Source: the human T2T-CHM13v2.0 reference genome, Homo sapiens. Taken from it: a stretch of DNA of 64,000 nt. Both the position numbers and the translations under genes were made by a program. Position 1 is the first letter of the stretch. Each line of letters begins with the position of its first letter. Shown piece by piece: positions 1 through 13,845 of the stretch. The notes beneath the pieces are model-generated. The model ran no database searches and was not told where the DNA came from. It saw only the letters and a list, made by a program, of their open reading frames with translations. The stretch lies in assembly GCF_009914755.1 (NCBI RefSeq), contig NC_060929.1. One strand, given 5' to 3'.

Positions 1-103
1 TTAGTAAAAAGGCTTTACCTTTCTTTTTCATAAAACAGTAATTACCATTTATAATTCATAACAAAGATACGCATACAATTATGTGCATATGTATATATGT
101 ATT

Positions 104-120
104 TGTGTGTGTGTGTGTGT
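104..120. repeat. (TG)n microsatellite
   Basis: Uninterrupted TG dinucleotide run seen directly. Confidence 0.9.
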
Positions 121-789
121 CACCATTTACTCTGAAATCTGAAGATTCCCTGGACAAGAATTAGAATAAGGAACACCTATGTCATTCTTTTAGGACTTGC
201 TTCAGCTGCTGTCCCTTCCTCTTTCCAGGGTGACCCAGGAAGGTGATCAGGTTGATAATGTTTTTGCTTCATATCTTTTCTGGATTGAAAATAGTAATTT
301 TTTTCTCACTTTCTTTAAGCTTCAGGAGAGATTTTCGGTGTGGCTTTAGTGACAAAGCTCAGGAAGAAATCAATTAGAGAACAACGCAAATCAGTTATAG
401 ACAACACAAGAGAACCCACTGCTAAATTATGCAGAAGACCCCAGCAGCGGGAGAAGTATGCAGGAGACTGATTGCAAGGCCACACAGTTGAGGCAGCCAG
501 GAATCACTGAATCAGTGAGAAGGACCTCAGGAGTTAGAAAATGAACTCGATGCATGGATTGCTCAGACACCTGGATTCAGTGACAGTGGGGAGCATTTAC
601 TCATTACATCATAGGAAATCAAGCTTGGGTTCTCTGTTAGTAACTGTGGTTACCCTTGTGGTACAAACATTGCTCTGCCTGTGTGGAGAAAGCTGCACCC
701 AGCATCTGGATAGTTTTGTCATCGCGGGTGGTCAACTGATGAAGATTTACACTTTAAACCTCAGACCTTGTTTTTAAAGAGTATGGAAG

Positions 790-1199
790 AGCACAAAGAC
801 CACCCAAATGAGAACAAGCCACACTATTTATTCAGCCCTTGATACAGCATTATTATCCTGCTACTATTGCTTGTGTTTAGTGGAGACTTCAAGACAGACA
901 GGAAAAGCAAATGCTTCATAATGAAAAGCAGGGAAGCTCTGAGTCTACCCTGATCAGAGGCTGCTGGCCTGGGGAAGCTGGAGGTGGCTCCCTAGACAAG
1001 GCATCCTATGGGATTCCTTACTGGTGCATACCTTGGCTTCCTCTAGTGGGTCCTGAGTTGGATTTGGAGGAAAAATTAGGGAAGCTCTTAGTCACTGGCA
1101 AAGTCTTGACCATTCTGAGCCGATTGCTACAGAGGTTGTGGGTCAGAGTTCTGTTGGCACACTTGGTCTGGCCATTGTCTGAGTATATTCAGCCTCTCA
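790..1199 (-). mobile_element. Old ERVL-type LTR (MER54/MER73/MER74-like)
   Basis: Reverse complement begins TGAGAGGCTGAATATACTCAGACAATGGCCAGACC...AGAACTCTGACCCACAACCTCTG, resembling the recalled 5' end of this LTR group. Left boundary approximate. Confidence 0.5.
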
Positions 1200-2332
1200 A
1201 AAGGAATAACCCACATTTGTTACCATCGTTTTATGAAACATTAATAATGCCTTTAAGGCACGCTAATACATGATGCACATGAAATTTCCTAGAGGGAATT
1301 GAGGGCTGACGCCTAGTTAGCATAAAATAGGTTTATTATTTTAAAACAAAAGGCCAAAAGACCTGTAATGAGGTTTGAGAAGCATCATCACGTGGGTGGT
1401 AATGGGGACAGCCAGCTACCAGGAGGGGGCTGAGCTCAGGCCCTGTTTCTCAGGGTGAGAAGGACCAGCACCACACCACCCACCCCCACACCCCGCCCAT
1501 GGTCACTAAATGCTGCAGAGCAGAATCTGACCCTGGGGTGATGTCCCAGCAAGACTCACAGATGGAAAGGTCATGCAACCAAGAGGCTCGGATGCACTTT
1601 TGCCCCCTACAACATTCTTAGGAGGGCAACTTTGGATCACAGAAAAGATGTCGTCTTTGGCATACTCATATTTGTCCTGTAGCATACAAATAAGGACTTG
1701 ATTTCACGCCGCTTCAGAAAACAGAAAGGAAATTCTGTCCCCTAAAGAGCCAGACCTCCCCTAATGTAGCCTAGCACTAAACCCAGAGAGACCCCAGGTA
1801 GAACACACAGCCTTTCCCTAGCGTCCCATTAGAACTCAGAACGAGAAATAAGGAGGAAGCTGACTCAAGCTGCTCCATCTCACAGAATTGTTCCATGCGA
1901 AGGGCCAAGCACAATTTCCACAGAAGAAAAATACAATATTCCTGGCACATCAATTTCAGGGTTTATTCCTTGAATTTGTATTAAGGAAATGATGATGGAC
2001 TAGCTTTCCCTAATCTAACCTAGCTGGTCTTAAGAGTCCTCTCTGGAAAGAACTCCCTGGATTTGTGGTGCCTTCTGGGGCATGCATCAGAATTTTCATC
2101 ACTGAGAAGTAAATTGATCTGTGTGGGATTCAAATTTCAGAGCCTCCTTAGCCCTAGACTCCAACCCACCACGTGCAGATATGCATCAAAATGGACCTAA
2201 ATTTGCTGAGAAAAGTGCTTGCAGTTTTCTTTCTAGTCCCATTTTGTTATATTATAGTCAGTCCCTGCACAATTTGAGATTGACAAACAAGCTTGTTTAG
2301 GAATATTTCGGTATGAGCATAAATAACAGTCA

Positions 2333-2711
<379 letters not shown>

Positions 2712-5700
2712 TTATCATTAAATTGGACATACACTAATGGTCCATTTCAAGCAGCAGAAATTAATAAAAATCCTCTGAAATTTTTCTTAGTTAAAATTAT
2801 ACATTATTTTTAAAGAAAACAAAATCTATCCACGGGTTTTTCTCCAATAGTAGTGCATATTGGAAACCTGAAATTCTGCTTAGCAGTGTTTTGTCTTTAG
2901 AGATGTTTTCCATAGGGAGAAGCCTAAATCTAACTTCTGGGATGTCAGATACATCCTTATTTATACAAAGCGTGTGGTTCATGAAGACAGAAGACATCTG
3001 TTTCACTTTATCCTAAGGCATTGGTTAGGGAATGCATTGTCTGGAGAATCGAGGGAGAGGCAGAGTCTTTATTTCATGGACACACTCTCATGATCTCATG
3101 ACGTGAAAAGGTCACAGGCACTCAGCTCTCAGGGCCCTGTGCCACACCCAGAACCCAGATATCCCCTTGGAACTGGAAGATCACGTGGGGTCAGTCTTTC
3201 TGCTCCCGTGGAGATGGTGCCTCTGAGTTCCAGGGTACTTTCAATTAGAATAATATTTAAGGCATTTTCAGAGACCCACAGAGTCCTGCGTAGTGCCTGA
3301 TAGAGAAGAGATTCACATCCTTGGTGGGATTCCAGAGGGTCAGCTTAGGAGAGAAGCTAGGAAATTTTACTCTGGATTTATCTGAAATTATTCAAATGTC
3401 AGTACTGCTGAAGATTAGAAAATAAATTGATGACATTACGGGCTGTGTATCAAGATTGATATTCTGGCATTATAATCTCCAATACCAACAGGTGGAGTAG
3501 TTGCTACACATTGGTTGATTTTTAAAGCTGATAGAGTAAAAATATTATGCTGCTATCGCTAATGTGGTGAAGAAAATGTGGGCATTGGTGACAATTTCTT
3601 GAAATCATCTTGTTTTTACATTCTGTGGCAAGTTCAGTCAATCACTTATCTATATCACTATAGCACCCCAGACCAAAGCAGTTGTCCAGGATGGTGACTG
3701 CCTTCCAGGAAGTACCACGACCTGAAGCCAAGTGGAGCTTCACAGGTCTTTGTTTTTAGCTGGATCACAGGTGGCTTTAATAATACTATAGCAAAAATAA
3801 TCTCAAAACAGCTTTGAGCAATTCAGTGACAAAAATCCCCTTTATTACCAAATTCCATAACAATTCTCTCAAAATATGATTCAGTCCTTTCTCATTCCTA
3901 TCATATAAGGAAATAAATAAAACAACATAAAAACATGAAGTCTTATTTTGAATCAGCCCTGTAACGCCCTTCCACTTCTTATATAAGATGCTATCTGAGG
4001 CCATGAAAATCATTTTTTATTGAGACAAAATGTAATAAGAAGTGTTGCCATGTTTGTCTGAACTCTCCATGTTTCCCTACATAACGACATGTGTTTTAAT
4101 TCCCCCTCTGTGAAGCTATAAAGTCTCTTAGAATAATTCACTCAATATATCAGTAATTCTACCAATCCTCAAAGCCCACATACACGAGGGGCTAATTTTA
4201 GGTTAATTGTACTTCGTGTTGTGTGTAATGGCTTGTAGAAGAGAGTAGGGGCCTCTGTTGAGCACGCCAACTGTGCTGTGACCACATCTCCAGCTTTGCA
4301 GCCCTTCCCAGTGAAGAGAGCAGCAGGGACTGTGTCCTGCTCTTACATGAAGAAAATCATGAAATGTGCTCCCATGAGGCAGCTCTCTATAGGGATGAGG
4401 TGATGCTGGAGAATGCATCTCAGAAGTGACAGCAAAATGAGATTCTAACATCAGACTCCTGGCTCAGGTAGAAGTTCCACCCTGCCATGGCTGGAGTTTA
4501 GGCATCCCCACGGTGGAAAGGAGGTGGAGCGGGGGCAGTGGAGGACAGCAGGTGGTCCCTGCAGACAGCAGATCCTGAGAGATCAGTCTTACATATCAGA
4601 ATAGTTTCTCCTACTTTCCCATACAGAGGAATGTATGAAGCGGGAGGAGAGACACCATAGGATAGCTCCAAAGAGCCATCTTCACATGAAAGGAAACACC
4701 AAGGCAGGATAATAAATATTCACTCTCCCTTTCAGTATATTACCTACCCCCACCAATGTTCTCCAGCCTCCCATTCTCTCAACTCACTGGGGTTAAAGTA
4801 AAAGCTTGTGGTGACCTGGGATGTGGGCCTCTACCTGCTGTGAAGGGAAGAACAGTCCATCATGACAATCCTACTCTCAACTTCCTAACCTCAATCCCCT
4901 GGTGACTACCCTGTTTCCTGGAATATTTCACTTAGGTTTTCCCTGGAAACAGTAGTGGGCAGCATGGATTTGTCCCACACAAGCTCCTGAAATGGGTCTG
5001 AAAAATACAATAATTAAAATAACTTCGGACTTATACTGATCCAAAGTTAAAAAAAAATATTATTCTACTTCCCATTCCAAATACCATATTGTCAAAATAG
5101 TCCACCAGTGATTCTGTAAAGAGTTCCAATTACAACATTAAGAAACTCAACAATAAAATATATAAAAACATTTCAATGATAAAATTCTGACTTCAAATTT
5201 AAATCTTAAACCCCTCCCATTCTTAAAATTTTACAAAGACGTTAAAGTTCAAAGATTAAATCACCTTGAAAGTTAATTTATTTAAGTTAAGATTCATGTG
5301 CCTTGCTCCTTCAAGTTAACAGTCTAAAGAAATTAAATTCTAATTTCTTATTCTACTCAGTCTGATATCCAGGGATTTTGCTGCCTTTGTGAAAGTTTAG
5401 AAACGTCTTGTGGTAGATGTCTGAATTGTTAGGTCTAATTGGAGGTATTCCTTTTCCATTAAGGATCTTTGTTTCCATTTGCAACTGCCAGTAGCACTCC
5501 AGGACTGGCACTGATACTTTAAGCCTGGAACTCCCTAATGTTCTGTGCTCTGTGTTAAACCCACAATTCAGCCACTTTGCATTTTCAAAGGCACAAATAC
5601 TGTTCTGTCCATCAATTCCTTAAAACCCAGTACACAGAAAAATTATTTCTTTACCCTCATTGCTTTCTTTCCTTGGTCGCACCTGCTCACTAAAGTCTGT

Positions 5701-8314
5701 ATGGCTCACCAGTCTGTTGCTGTCCTGTGTGCAAGAGTATACGGATGAATGATATTGCCCTCATCATTTAAGTCAAGCAATAGCAACTTGCCTCTGGAGC
5801 CCTCACCATGTGGCACAGTCACGTCTCTTTTAAAGCCCACACTTACCCAAAGGCCCTAGTGGTGTTTTCTTGAGCTCTCAGCAGCCCTATCTTGGTTTAG
5901 TCCAAATAGTCCTCACATCTCTTGTGCTGGTTCAAGTTCTCCAAGAAGTAGACTGCAACACGGGGTGAGATGTGCAAGAGATTTATTGGGAAAATTTTCT
6001 ACAAGAGTAAAATGGAGCCAGAGTCATATTGATTATTTAGACCCTCAGAAACAGAGTCCGTCATCTAGGAATAGAATTTCAAGGGAGAATAGGAAGGAAT
6101 CCAGGATTTAGCTCTTCAACTTCTCCATTTAGAGGTGGAGAAAATGAAGAGGGGCCAGGAGGGTAAGGGGAAAGCCAAAAAAGCAAGAGGGGGTGAAGCC
6201 ACAGATGCTCAGAGAACATGAGGTTTAGCAGAATCAACTGCGGTGACACAAAAAACAAAAAAAAATGAGTGCTGTATAGCAACATGGAGCATGGTGGTGA
6301 TTTTGGAAGAGTAGCATTGGATTTTAATGGTGTTGGTCTCATAGAAGCAGTGGTTTTTGAAAACCGGAGATAGAAGATGGGTCTGGAGTCAGCCCAGGGA
6401 AGCTAGGAGGACCTCGACCCCTCTTTCTGGCCTAGAGGTGTGTTGGGTATGAGGCAAAAAGAATCCTCTTCTGAGAAATGGGTACTCAATGGGCAATTAG
6501 GTTTCAGAGTTACGAATAAAGAAATTTAAAAATGACTTCAAGGAGAGTTTTACCAATCACAGAGGATAAAATGACCAGGGCACAAGGAAGGATCTGCTAA
6601 GAAGGAGAGCAGAGGATGGCTCACATCTCAGGATATGTAGAAAGGTATGGAAAGAATAAGGTATGTAGAAAGGTACGGAAAAACTAAAGGCAAACAGAGT
6701 GCCCAGGAGCCTGCTTGTACTCAAGGTGGACAGAGATATGAGGCATGAGTGGGTGGTCCTGCCAGATGCTGTCCTAAGGGACATAGGCACTTCTTGTCCT
6801 GGTTGCAAGAGCCTCAGTATTCACCCAAGTCAGTCAGTTCCCTCAAAGAATCCGGGTGATGAAGCACAAGAGATGAGCCCCCACTAGTTAGAAGATTTCA
6901 TTAATTAACACTGTATTATTCCAATTTTCATTTATTATCAATGAGTGCGTTATTTTCTGCCAGTGATTTTTTAGTAAAGATAAGCCTAATTTTTTGTATG
7001 TTAATCATTAACTGTTTTCAACAGACATCTTTAAGAAACACACTTTGTTCTTTAATGAGTATAGCTAATTACACATAGAATATTCTCTTCTGATGACTTG
7101 AAGCCAACATGTAGAACATAAACACCTCTATGATAGGATAGAAATGGTCCTGGGACTTCATCTGTTGTGTCAATAAGAAAGTGAGAGCTCAAGGACCCCT
7201 GAGAACACTCTTCGCCTCCTGGTTTTCAAGTCTACCAGTAACAATATGCTGTGCAGAAACCTTAAATCCAACTCTTTGTAAGGTTCTTGGCAGCTCTAAA
7301 ACCCTACCTGACTTGTAGTTGTTATTGTTTTGTTGTGGTTGACTGAAATGCATGATCCTGCCGTGAATGGTTGACTTTGCTCAAAGTTCAACCTAATTTA
7401 AGTAAGACATTATTGAAAATGACTGGTTAACACAGTGCAGAAATTCACTTTCAAATGGAATTCAAATGAAATATTTCAGTATACATATACATTTATGTTG
7501 AATATCTCAACATTTCTTTCCAAGTTCCTGTTGTAGACCTACCCAGATGATTTAGTGAGCAGGATGTAGAGTGATTTGTTGCTTTCATAAAACATTTGCT
7601 CTGACATTTTTATAGTAAAATTACATCACTACCTGAATCAAATAGCAAACTTCTACATGATAGATCTTACTCTCTAGAATAGCAATGCAAGCTGTACTTT
7701 GCCTATCACTAGAAGATTCTTTTAAGTAGGGTAATACACATTGCAATTTACAAAATAGATTAGAATGAGTCTTTTAGTTCCATAGTATATTTTCTTATGC
7801 ATGCATATTTATGCCATGTATCCAAACTTACTGAAATTCTGTGAGAGTTACATTTATTTTCACTGGAAAAATCTGTAGTTATTTCATTTAAAAATGATAG
7901 ACCCCACCACAATTCTAAACTCCCAATGCTTTTGTGAAAGTTTTGTGAAGAAATATACGCAACTATGAAATGTACAGAAATATGACTTTCAGTAAACATA
8001 AAACTGGATACTCTCTTTACCTAGGTATTCTACCTAATCTATTTGGCTGGCTGTCCTCTGTGTCAATTAAGAGGTCTGACTTGGAGCAGCCTTACTGGTT
8101 TTCTTAATAGCCGAGGACTCACTTTCTCTCCCTCTGTCTCTATTATGGACTCATACACACTTATGAACCTCCCACTGTGTACTGACTATCTACACACAGC
8201 TCCTGCAGCATGTCCCAAAGCCAATTGATTTAGACAAACCAGTCCTCCTATTCTCCTTCCCAACCATCTAAGGGTTACCATTGAGATTCCCCAAATCCAG
8301 TCTTTAAAATTTTT

Positions 8315-8615
8315 TTATTTATTTAATTTTATCTTTTAATTAATTAATTTAAGTTTTCAAATTTATACATAATAACTGTATGCATTTATGGGCTGCATGG
8401 GGATGTTTTGATAATATAATGTACAGTGACCAAATCAGGGTGATTAGCATATCCATCAACTCAAATATTTATCATTTCTTTGTGTTGGAAATATTCATTA
8501 CCCTCCTAGCTACTTGAAACTATGTAGTATACTATTGTTAACTATAGTCACCTTACAGTGCAATAGAACACTGGAACTTATTCCTCCTATCATATGCAAT
8601 TTTGTATTCTTTAAT
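8315..8615 (-). mobile_element. L1MA-type 3' end fragment
   Basis: T-rich tail followed by the typical L1MA 3'UTR text (ccaaatcagggtgattagcatatccatc...ttaactatagtcacc). Confidence 0.8.
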
Positions 8616-8799
8616 GAATTTGAGAAAATGTGGTAGGAGGCTGACAGATGTGACAATACAATTGATGAAGGAGGGGTTTTAAATCTCTTAACCTGTGACT
8701 GAGTGAAATCCAGGATCAGAAACTTTCAAAGTAGAGTAACAATGCATTGGGTGACCATAGTACACAGACAAGCGAGATGAAACACAGCCATGCCATAAG

Positions 8800-8945
8800 C
8801 TTTAGGAAGGAGGAATATTGAGCACTCAGCTGTAAGGTACCGGTACTACATGTGAAGTGGTTTAGGGTTATTTGAAAGTGAAATTAAATTACTTAAAAAC
8901 GTACACTGCCAATTCTGGAGAAACCACGAAAAATTTTAAGTAAAC
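8800..8945 (+). mobile_element. Old L1M internal fragment
   Basis: tgtaaggt...tacatgtgaagtgg...tatttgaaagt...aaaccac resembles the L1MC/L1ME inter-ORF region. Confidence 0.45.
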
Positions 8946-10664
8946 CTACATGTAAAGGAATACCATAAACTATAAAAAGAAATTACTCACTTTTTGTGTA
9001 CATCTGTGTGTCTTTGAGGGTATGTATGAATATCATATGAACAGATCACAAAAAACTAATATAAACGAATAAATGAGCCAGTGCCCTACAAGAGTAAGAA
9101 AAGACAAATACGGAATTATGTGGAAAGAAAAACATTAATATTGTCAAATTTTAAAAATAAAATATATTCATTTCATTTCAAGACAAATGAGGTAGTATGA
9201 AAATTCTCCTTTAAACAATATTCCCAGTTAAATCAATCAAACTAAGTATAGTAAATACAATTGCATTTACCATGGTGCCATTCCAATAGTTATTTTCCAG
9301 CTTCTTTTCTTACTGTTATGAAGGATGACTCTAGTCCTTTGTTCTCTCCTTTTATGTTAGTTAAAAAATGTAACATCCTTGTCAACTGTTTGTTAGGGTA
9401 TCCTTAAGCCAACTCTGAGTAAAACAGCAGTATGGTGAGTCAGTAGCTTTAAATTCTTTGTAGGAATTAATAAAATGGTTCAGAAAACAGCACAGAGTTT
9501 CAGAGTTTCAGTTCTAGAAATATTAAAATCTCTGGAATAAGTAATTGCATAGAAAACAGAGGGCTTAAATAGAACTTTAGTGATACTGTTGGAGTTTTCA
9601 ATAACCCTGAGAGAACATCGTAAGAAATAAATATCTCTAATTTCTATAAGGAGGGAGTGAAAAAGGAGAACACATGTAAACTATCAAAATTTAGCCTTAT
9701 GTATCTTTAGAAGATATGAAAACAAAAACTGAAGCTGCCACTAGCCAATTCCAATAATGTGTTCGTGAGACATAGAGGATTATCTGAGTGATATATCACC
9801 CAAGTCTTCATATATGTTTTCTCAGAAGGAATAGCTGTTAAGGTGAGTTGTTCTAAGAAATAAGAACCAATGTTACAAAAATAAACTAGAATGGAGTAAG
9901 TTGATAAATTATGCTTGGGAATAAGAAAGGTAATTTGTTGATTAGACGTCATATCACAAGAAACATACCTTAGTGAAGGTAGGCAGAGGGAAGGTGACAT
10001 GGTTAGAATAGGAAACAAATTATGAAACATCAATCTGGCTTTGATTCTAGCCTTACTGTGCTACATACAGATGAAAGGGAAACAGACCACACGCTGCCCC
10101 CATACTCCCTGCACTGCAGAATGCCCCACAGGCTTTATTTTCGGTGCAGTGAATCAAAACATCAAAATTGCAGAGTCTATATCTTGATTAAGCTCATTCT
10201 GCAGCCACTATTATCCAGAACAAATTATGTGTGAATCTCATGCTTATGGCATCGTAAAATTTCAGGTATAAAATGACTATTTCTGTGGGTATTAAGGAAG
10301 GGAACAAGGATGCTATGTGTACCATGCACAGATGAACCAGCATGAACATACATTCATACACACATAATACAACTCTTGGAATCCAAGGAGTCACTAAGTT
10401 TTGATCATTACCAGATGGTAAATGGTCACTTAAGGACTCTGTGGACACTCTCTCCTTTAATTTGTATTGCACATGCAATACAAGTTTTCATTGTTTTCTT
10501 GCACAAATTGCTAAAAGTAGAAATATGTGCAAAAGTGAAACAGCATATTTGGAGATTGTTTGAGTAATGAATCAGAATCTGTATGGTTTATACCTTCATT
10601 CTATTTGTATAGTAATGGAACATTCCTATTAACCAACAATATATGATTCAAATCATATTTGCTA

Positions 10665-11490
10665 ATTCATTCATTCGTTGATCAAACATCTACTGAGTAC
10701 TGAATCTGTTCTGGGCATTAAGCCACATTCTGTGGATATAATATTGGTGGCAGTATTTCTTCATTTAAAGACTTCACCACCTAGTTACGGGCATGAACAA
10801 ATAGTTAAGCAAAATAAGTCAGGCACAGAAAGATAAATATCACATGTTTTCACTCATATGTGAGAGCTGAAAACAATGTTGAGCTCATGAAAGTGGAGAG
10901 TATCATACTAAAGGGTGAGGGGGTGAAGAGGAAGGAAGGATAGGGAGAGGTGGGTTAACAAATATGAATTTATGGCTTGATAAGAGGAATATGTTCTAGT
11001 CTTCTCTAGCACTGCAGGAGGAATGTGGTTAACCATAATTTATTGTATATTTCCCAAGAGCTAGAAGAGAAGATTCTGAATGTTCACACCACAGAGGAAT
11101 GATAAATGTTTGAGGTAGTGGATATGCTAATTACTCTGATTTGATTATTACACATTGTATACACATATAGAAATATCACTCTGTATCCCACAGACTTGCA
11201 TAATTATTGCATCCCAACTAAAGGTTAAAAGGAGCAAAATAACCTAGCAATCACCGTGCACACATAGGCTCTTACTGGCAAGGTTAAGGACAGACATCTT
11301 TAAGTTTCCTTAGGGAAGCACGCCTGAGATGTGTTAGAAAAGGAGAATATAGTGATTCAGGTGAAGAGTGGGCAAGGAAAAAACCTTCCAAGCAGAAACA
11401 TAGGGTGTACAAAGGCTGCAGAAAAGAGAGAGCCTGGACTCTTGGGGAAGCTTCCAGCTTTGATGTAACTAGGAATAAGGGTTTCACGAA
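10665..11490 (-). mobile_element. L2 3' portion, split by an L1MA insertion
   Basis: attcattcattc...aaacatctactgagtac is the L2 3' terminus; L2-like sequence resumes after 11242 (ttccaagcagaaacatagggtgtacaaagg). Confidence 0.65.
10818..11232 (+). mobile_element. L1MA (L1MA4/5-like) 3' end, 5'-truncated
   Basis: ORF2 end plus 3'UTR (caggcacagaaagataaatatcacatg...gatttgattattacacattg); TSD agcaaaataa at 10808-10817 and 11233-11242. Confidence 0.88.
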
Positions 11491-11688
11491 AAAGAATGGG
11501 GAGACATGAGGGTTGTGTTATGTTAATTTTGTAATTTTTATAAAAGTAGAATCTTATTTTTATTTTCAAAGGTTAATAGAGAAGAATTAGCCAGGTCACA
11601 AAAGGAGGTAGTGATATCAGCACAGCACAATAATTCCTATTATAAATGTGAGTTCCTTTTACTTTTTTTAACCTTTCCTTATGAGCAT

Positions 11689-13845
11689 GCCCAAGATATT
11701 AACTTAAGTGTCCAGCAATGGATGACTGGATAAAGAAAATGTGGTATGTGTGTGTGTGTGTATATATATGCACTGTATATGTGTGTGTATATATATATAC
11801 ACACACAATACACACACACACCACTATATATTTATATATATATATATAGGAAAGATGGATATTGAACATATATATATTATATATATATATAGTGGTATAT
11901 ATAATATATATAGTGGTATATATAATATATACATATATAGCGGTATATATAATATATATAATCAAATACTACTCAGCCACATAAAAGAATGAAGTCATGT
12001 CTTCTGCAGCAACATGGATGAAATTGGAGACCATTATCTTCAGTGAAATCGTTCAGAAACAGAAAGTTAAATATCAGACGAAGGGCAGAAACAGTGCTAT
12101 GATGGGAGATCTACATTTAGTTCCTCAAGGAGTCTACATACTGTTTTCCCTAGAGGTTGTACTAATTTACATTCCCACCAGCAGTATAAAATGTTGTCTT
12201 TTCACCACATCCCTACCAACATCTATTGTTTTCTGACTTTTTAACAATGGTCATTCATGGAGGAGTTAGATGGTATCTCATTGTGGTTTTAATTTGTACT
12301 TCTCTGACAATTAGTGATGTTGAGCACTTTTTTTTCGTGTTTGTTGTCCATTTGTATATCTTCTTTTGAGAATAATCTATTCATTTCATTTGCCCACTTT
12401 TTGATGGGATTATTTGTTTTTATATTATTTGTTTTATTCTTATTGATTTATTTGAGTTCCTTGTAGATTCTGGTTATTAGTTCTTTGTTGGATGCATAGT
12501 TTGTGAAGGCTTTCTCCCATTCTGTTGGTAATTTGTTTACTCTGCTGATTATTTCTTTTGCTGTGCAGACCTTTTTTAGTTTAACTGGGTTCCATTTATT
12601 TATTTTGTTGTTGTTGTTGTTGCATTTGTTTTGGGGGTCTTAGTAATGAATTATTTTCCAAGACCAATGTGCAAAAGAGTTTTTCCAATGTTATTTTCTA
12701 GAATTTTTGTGGTTTCAGGTCTTAGATTTAAGTCTGTGGCCCAGCTTGGCTTGATTTTTATATGAGTCGAGAGATGGGGATCCAGTTACATTCTTCTACA
12801 TGTGGCTTGCCAGCGTTCCAGCATCACTTATTGAATAGGGTGTTCTTCCACCATTTATGTTTTTGTTTGTGTTGCCAAAGATCAATTGGCTGTAAGTATT
12901 TGGCTTTATTTCTGGGTTCTCTATTTTGTTCCATTTGTCTAAATTTCTTATTTTTATACCAGTACTATGCTGTTTTGGTAACTACAGCCTTGTAGTATAA
13001 TTTGAAGTCCAGTAATGTGATGCCTCCAGATTTATTCTTTTTGCTAAGTATTACTTTGCTCAGTATTCTTTTTGCTCAGGATTCAGGCTCTTTTCTGGTT
13101 CTATATTTTAGGATTTTTTTTCTAGTTCTGTTAAAAATGATGATGGCATTTTGATGAGAATTGTATTGAATCTGTAGGTTGATTTGGGCAGCATGGTCAT
13201 TTTCTAAATATTGATTCTTCTCATCCATGAGCATGGAATGTGTTTCATTTGTTTGTGTAATCTGATTTCTTTCAGCAGTGTTTGTAGCATATTTCTAGGT
13301 TTTTTTTTGCAGCTGTTGTAAAATGGATCAAGTTTTTGATTTGATTCTCAGCTTGGTTGTTGTTGGTGTATAGTTGTGCTACTGATTTGTGTACATTGAT
13401 TTTGTATCCTGAGATTTCACTAAATTTATCAGATCCAGGAGCCTTTTGGACAAGTCTTTAGGGTTTTCTAGGTATACAATCATATTATCAGTGAATAGTG
13501 ATAGTTTGACTTCCTCTTTTCCAATTTAGATGCCCTTTATTTGTTTCTTTTGCCTATTTGCTCTGGCTAGGACTTCCAGTATTACGTTAAATAGAAGTAG
13601 GGAAAATGGGCATCTTTGTCTTGTTCCAGTTCTCAGGGGGAATGCTTTCGACTTTCCTCCATTTAGTATGATGTTGGCTATGGGTCAATTGTAATATACC
13701 ACATAAACAGAATTAAAATAAAAAATCATATAATCATTTCAATAGATTCAGAAAAAGCATTTGAAAATATCCAGAATCACTTTATGGTAAAAATCCTCAA
13801 CAAACTTGTTATAGAAGGGAATTACATCAAAATAAGAAAGAGCAG
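11689..13845 (-). mobile_element. Rearranged L1 (L1PB/L1MA-type): minus-strand ORF2 core with inverted pieces at both ends
   Basis: Core ~12080-13686 is antisense ORF2; 13687-13845 is sense RT-region sequence; 11689-12078 is sense ORF2 C-terminal sequence (ORF 11997 reads ATWMKLETIIFSE). Confidence 0.88.
11746..11962. repeat. Compound (TG)n/(TA)n/(CA)n microsatellite within L1
   Basis: Seen directly; interrupts the L1 motif gaaaatgtggtat...aatactactcagcca. Confidence 0.95.

Noticed and set aside
11880-11962. CRISPR-like repeat array
   Set aside because: The units are AT microsatellite derivatives with no unique spacers, there are no cas genes, and the context is eukaryotic.
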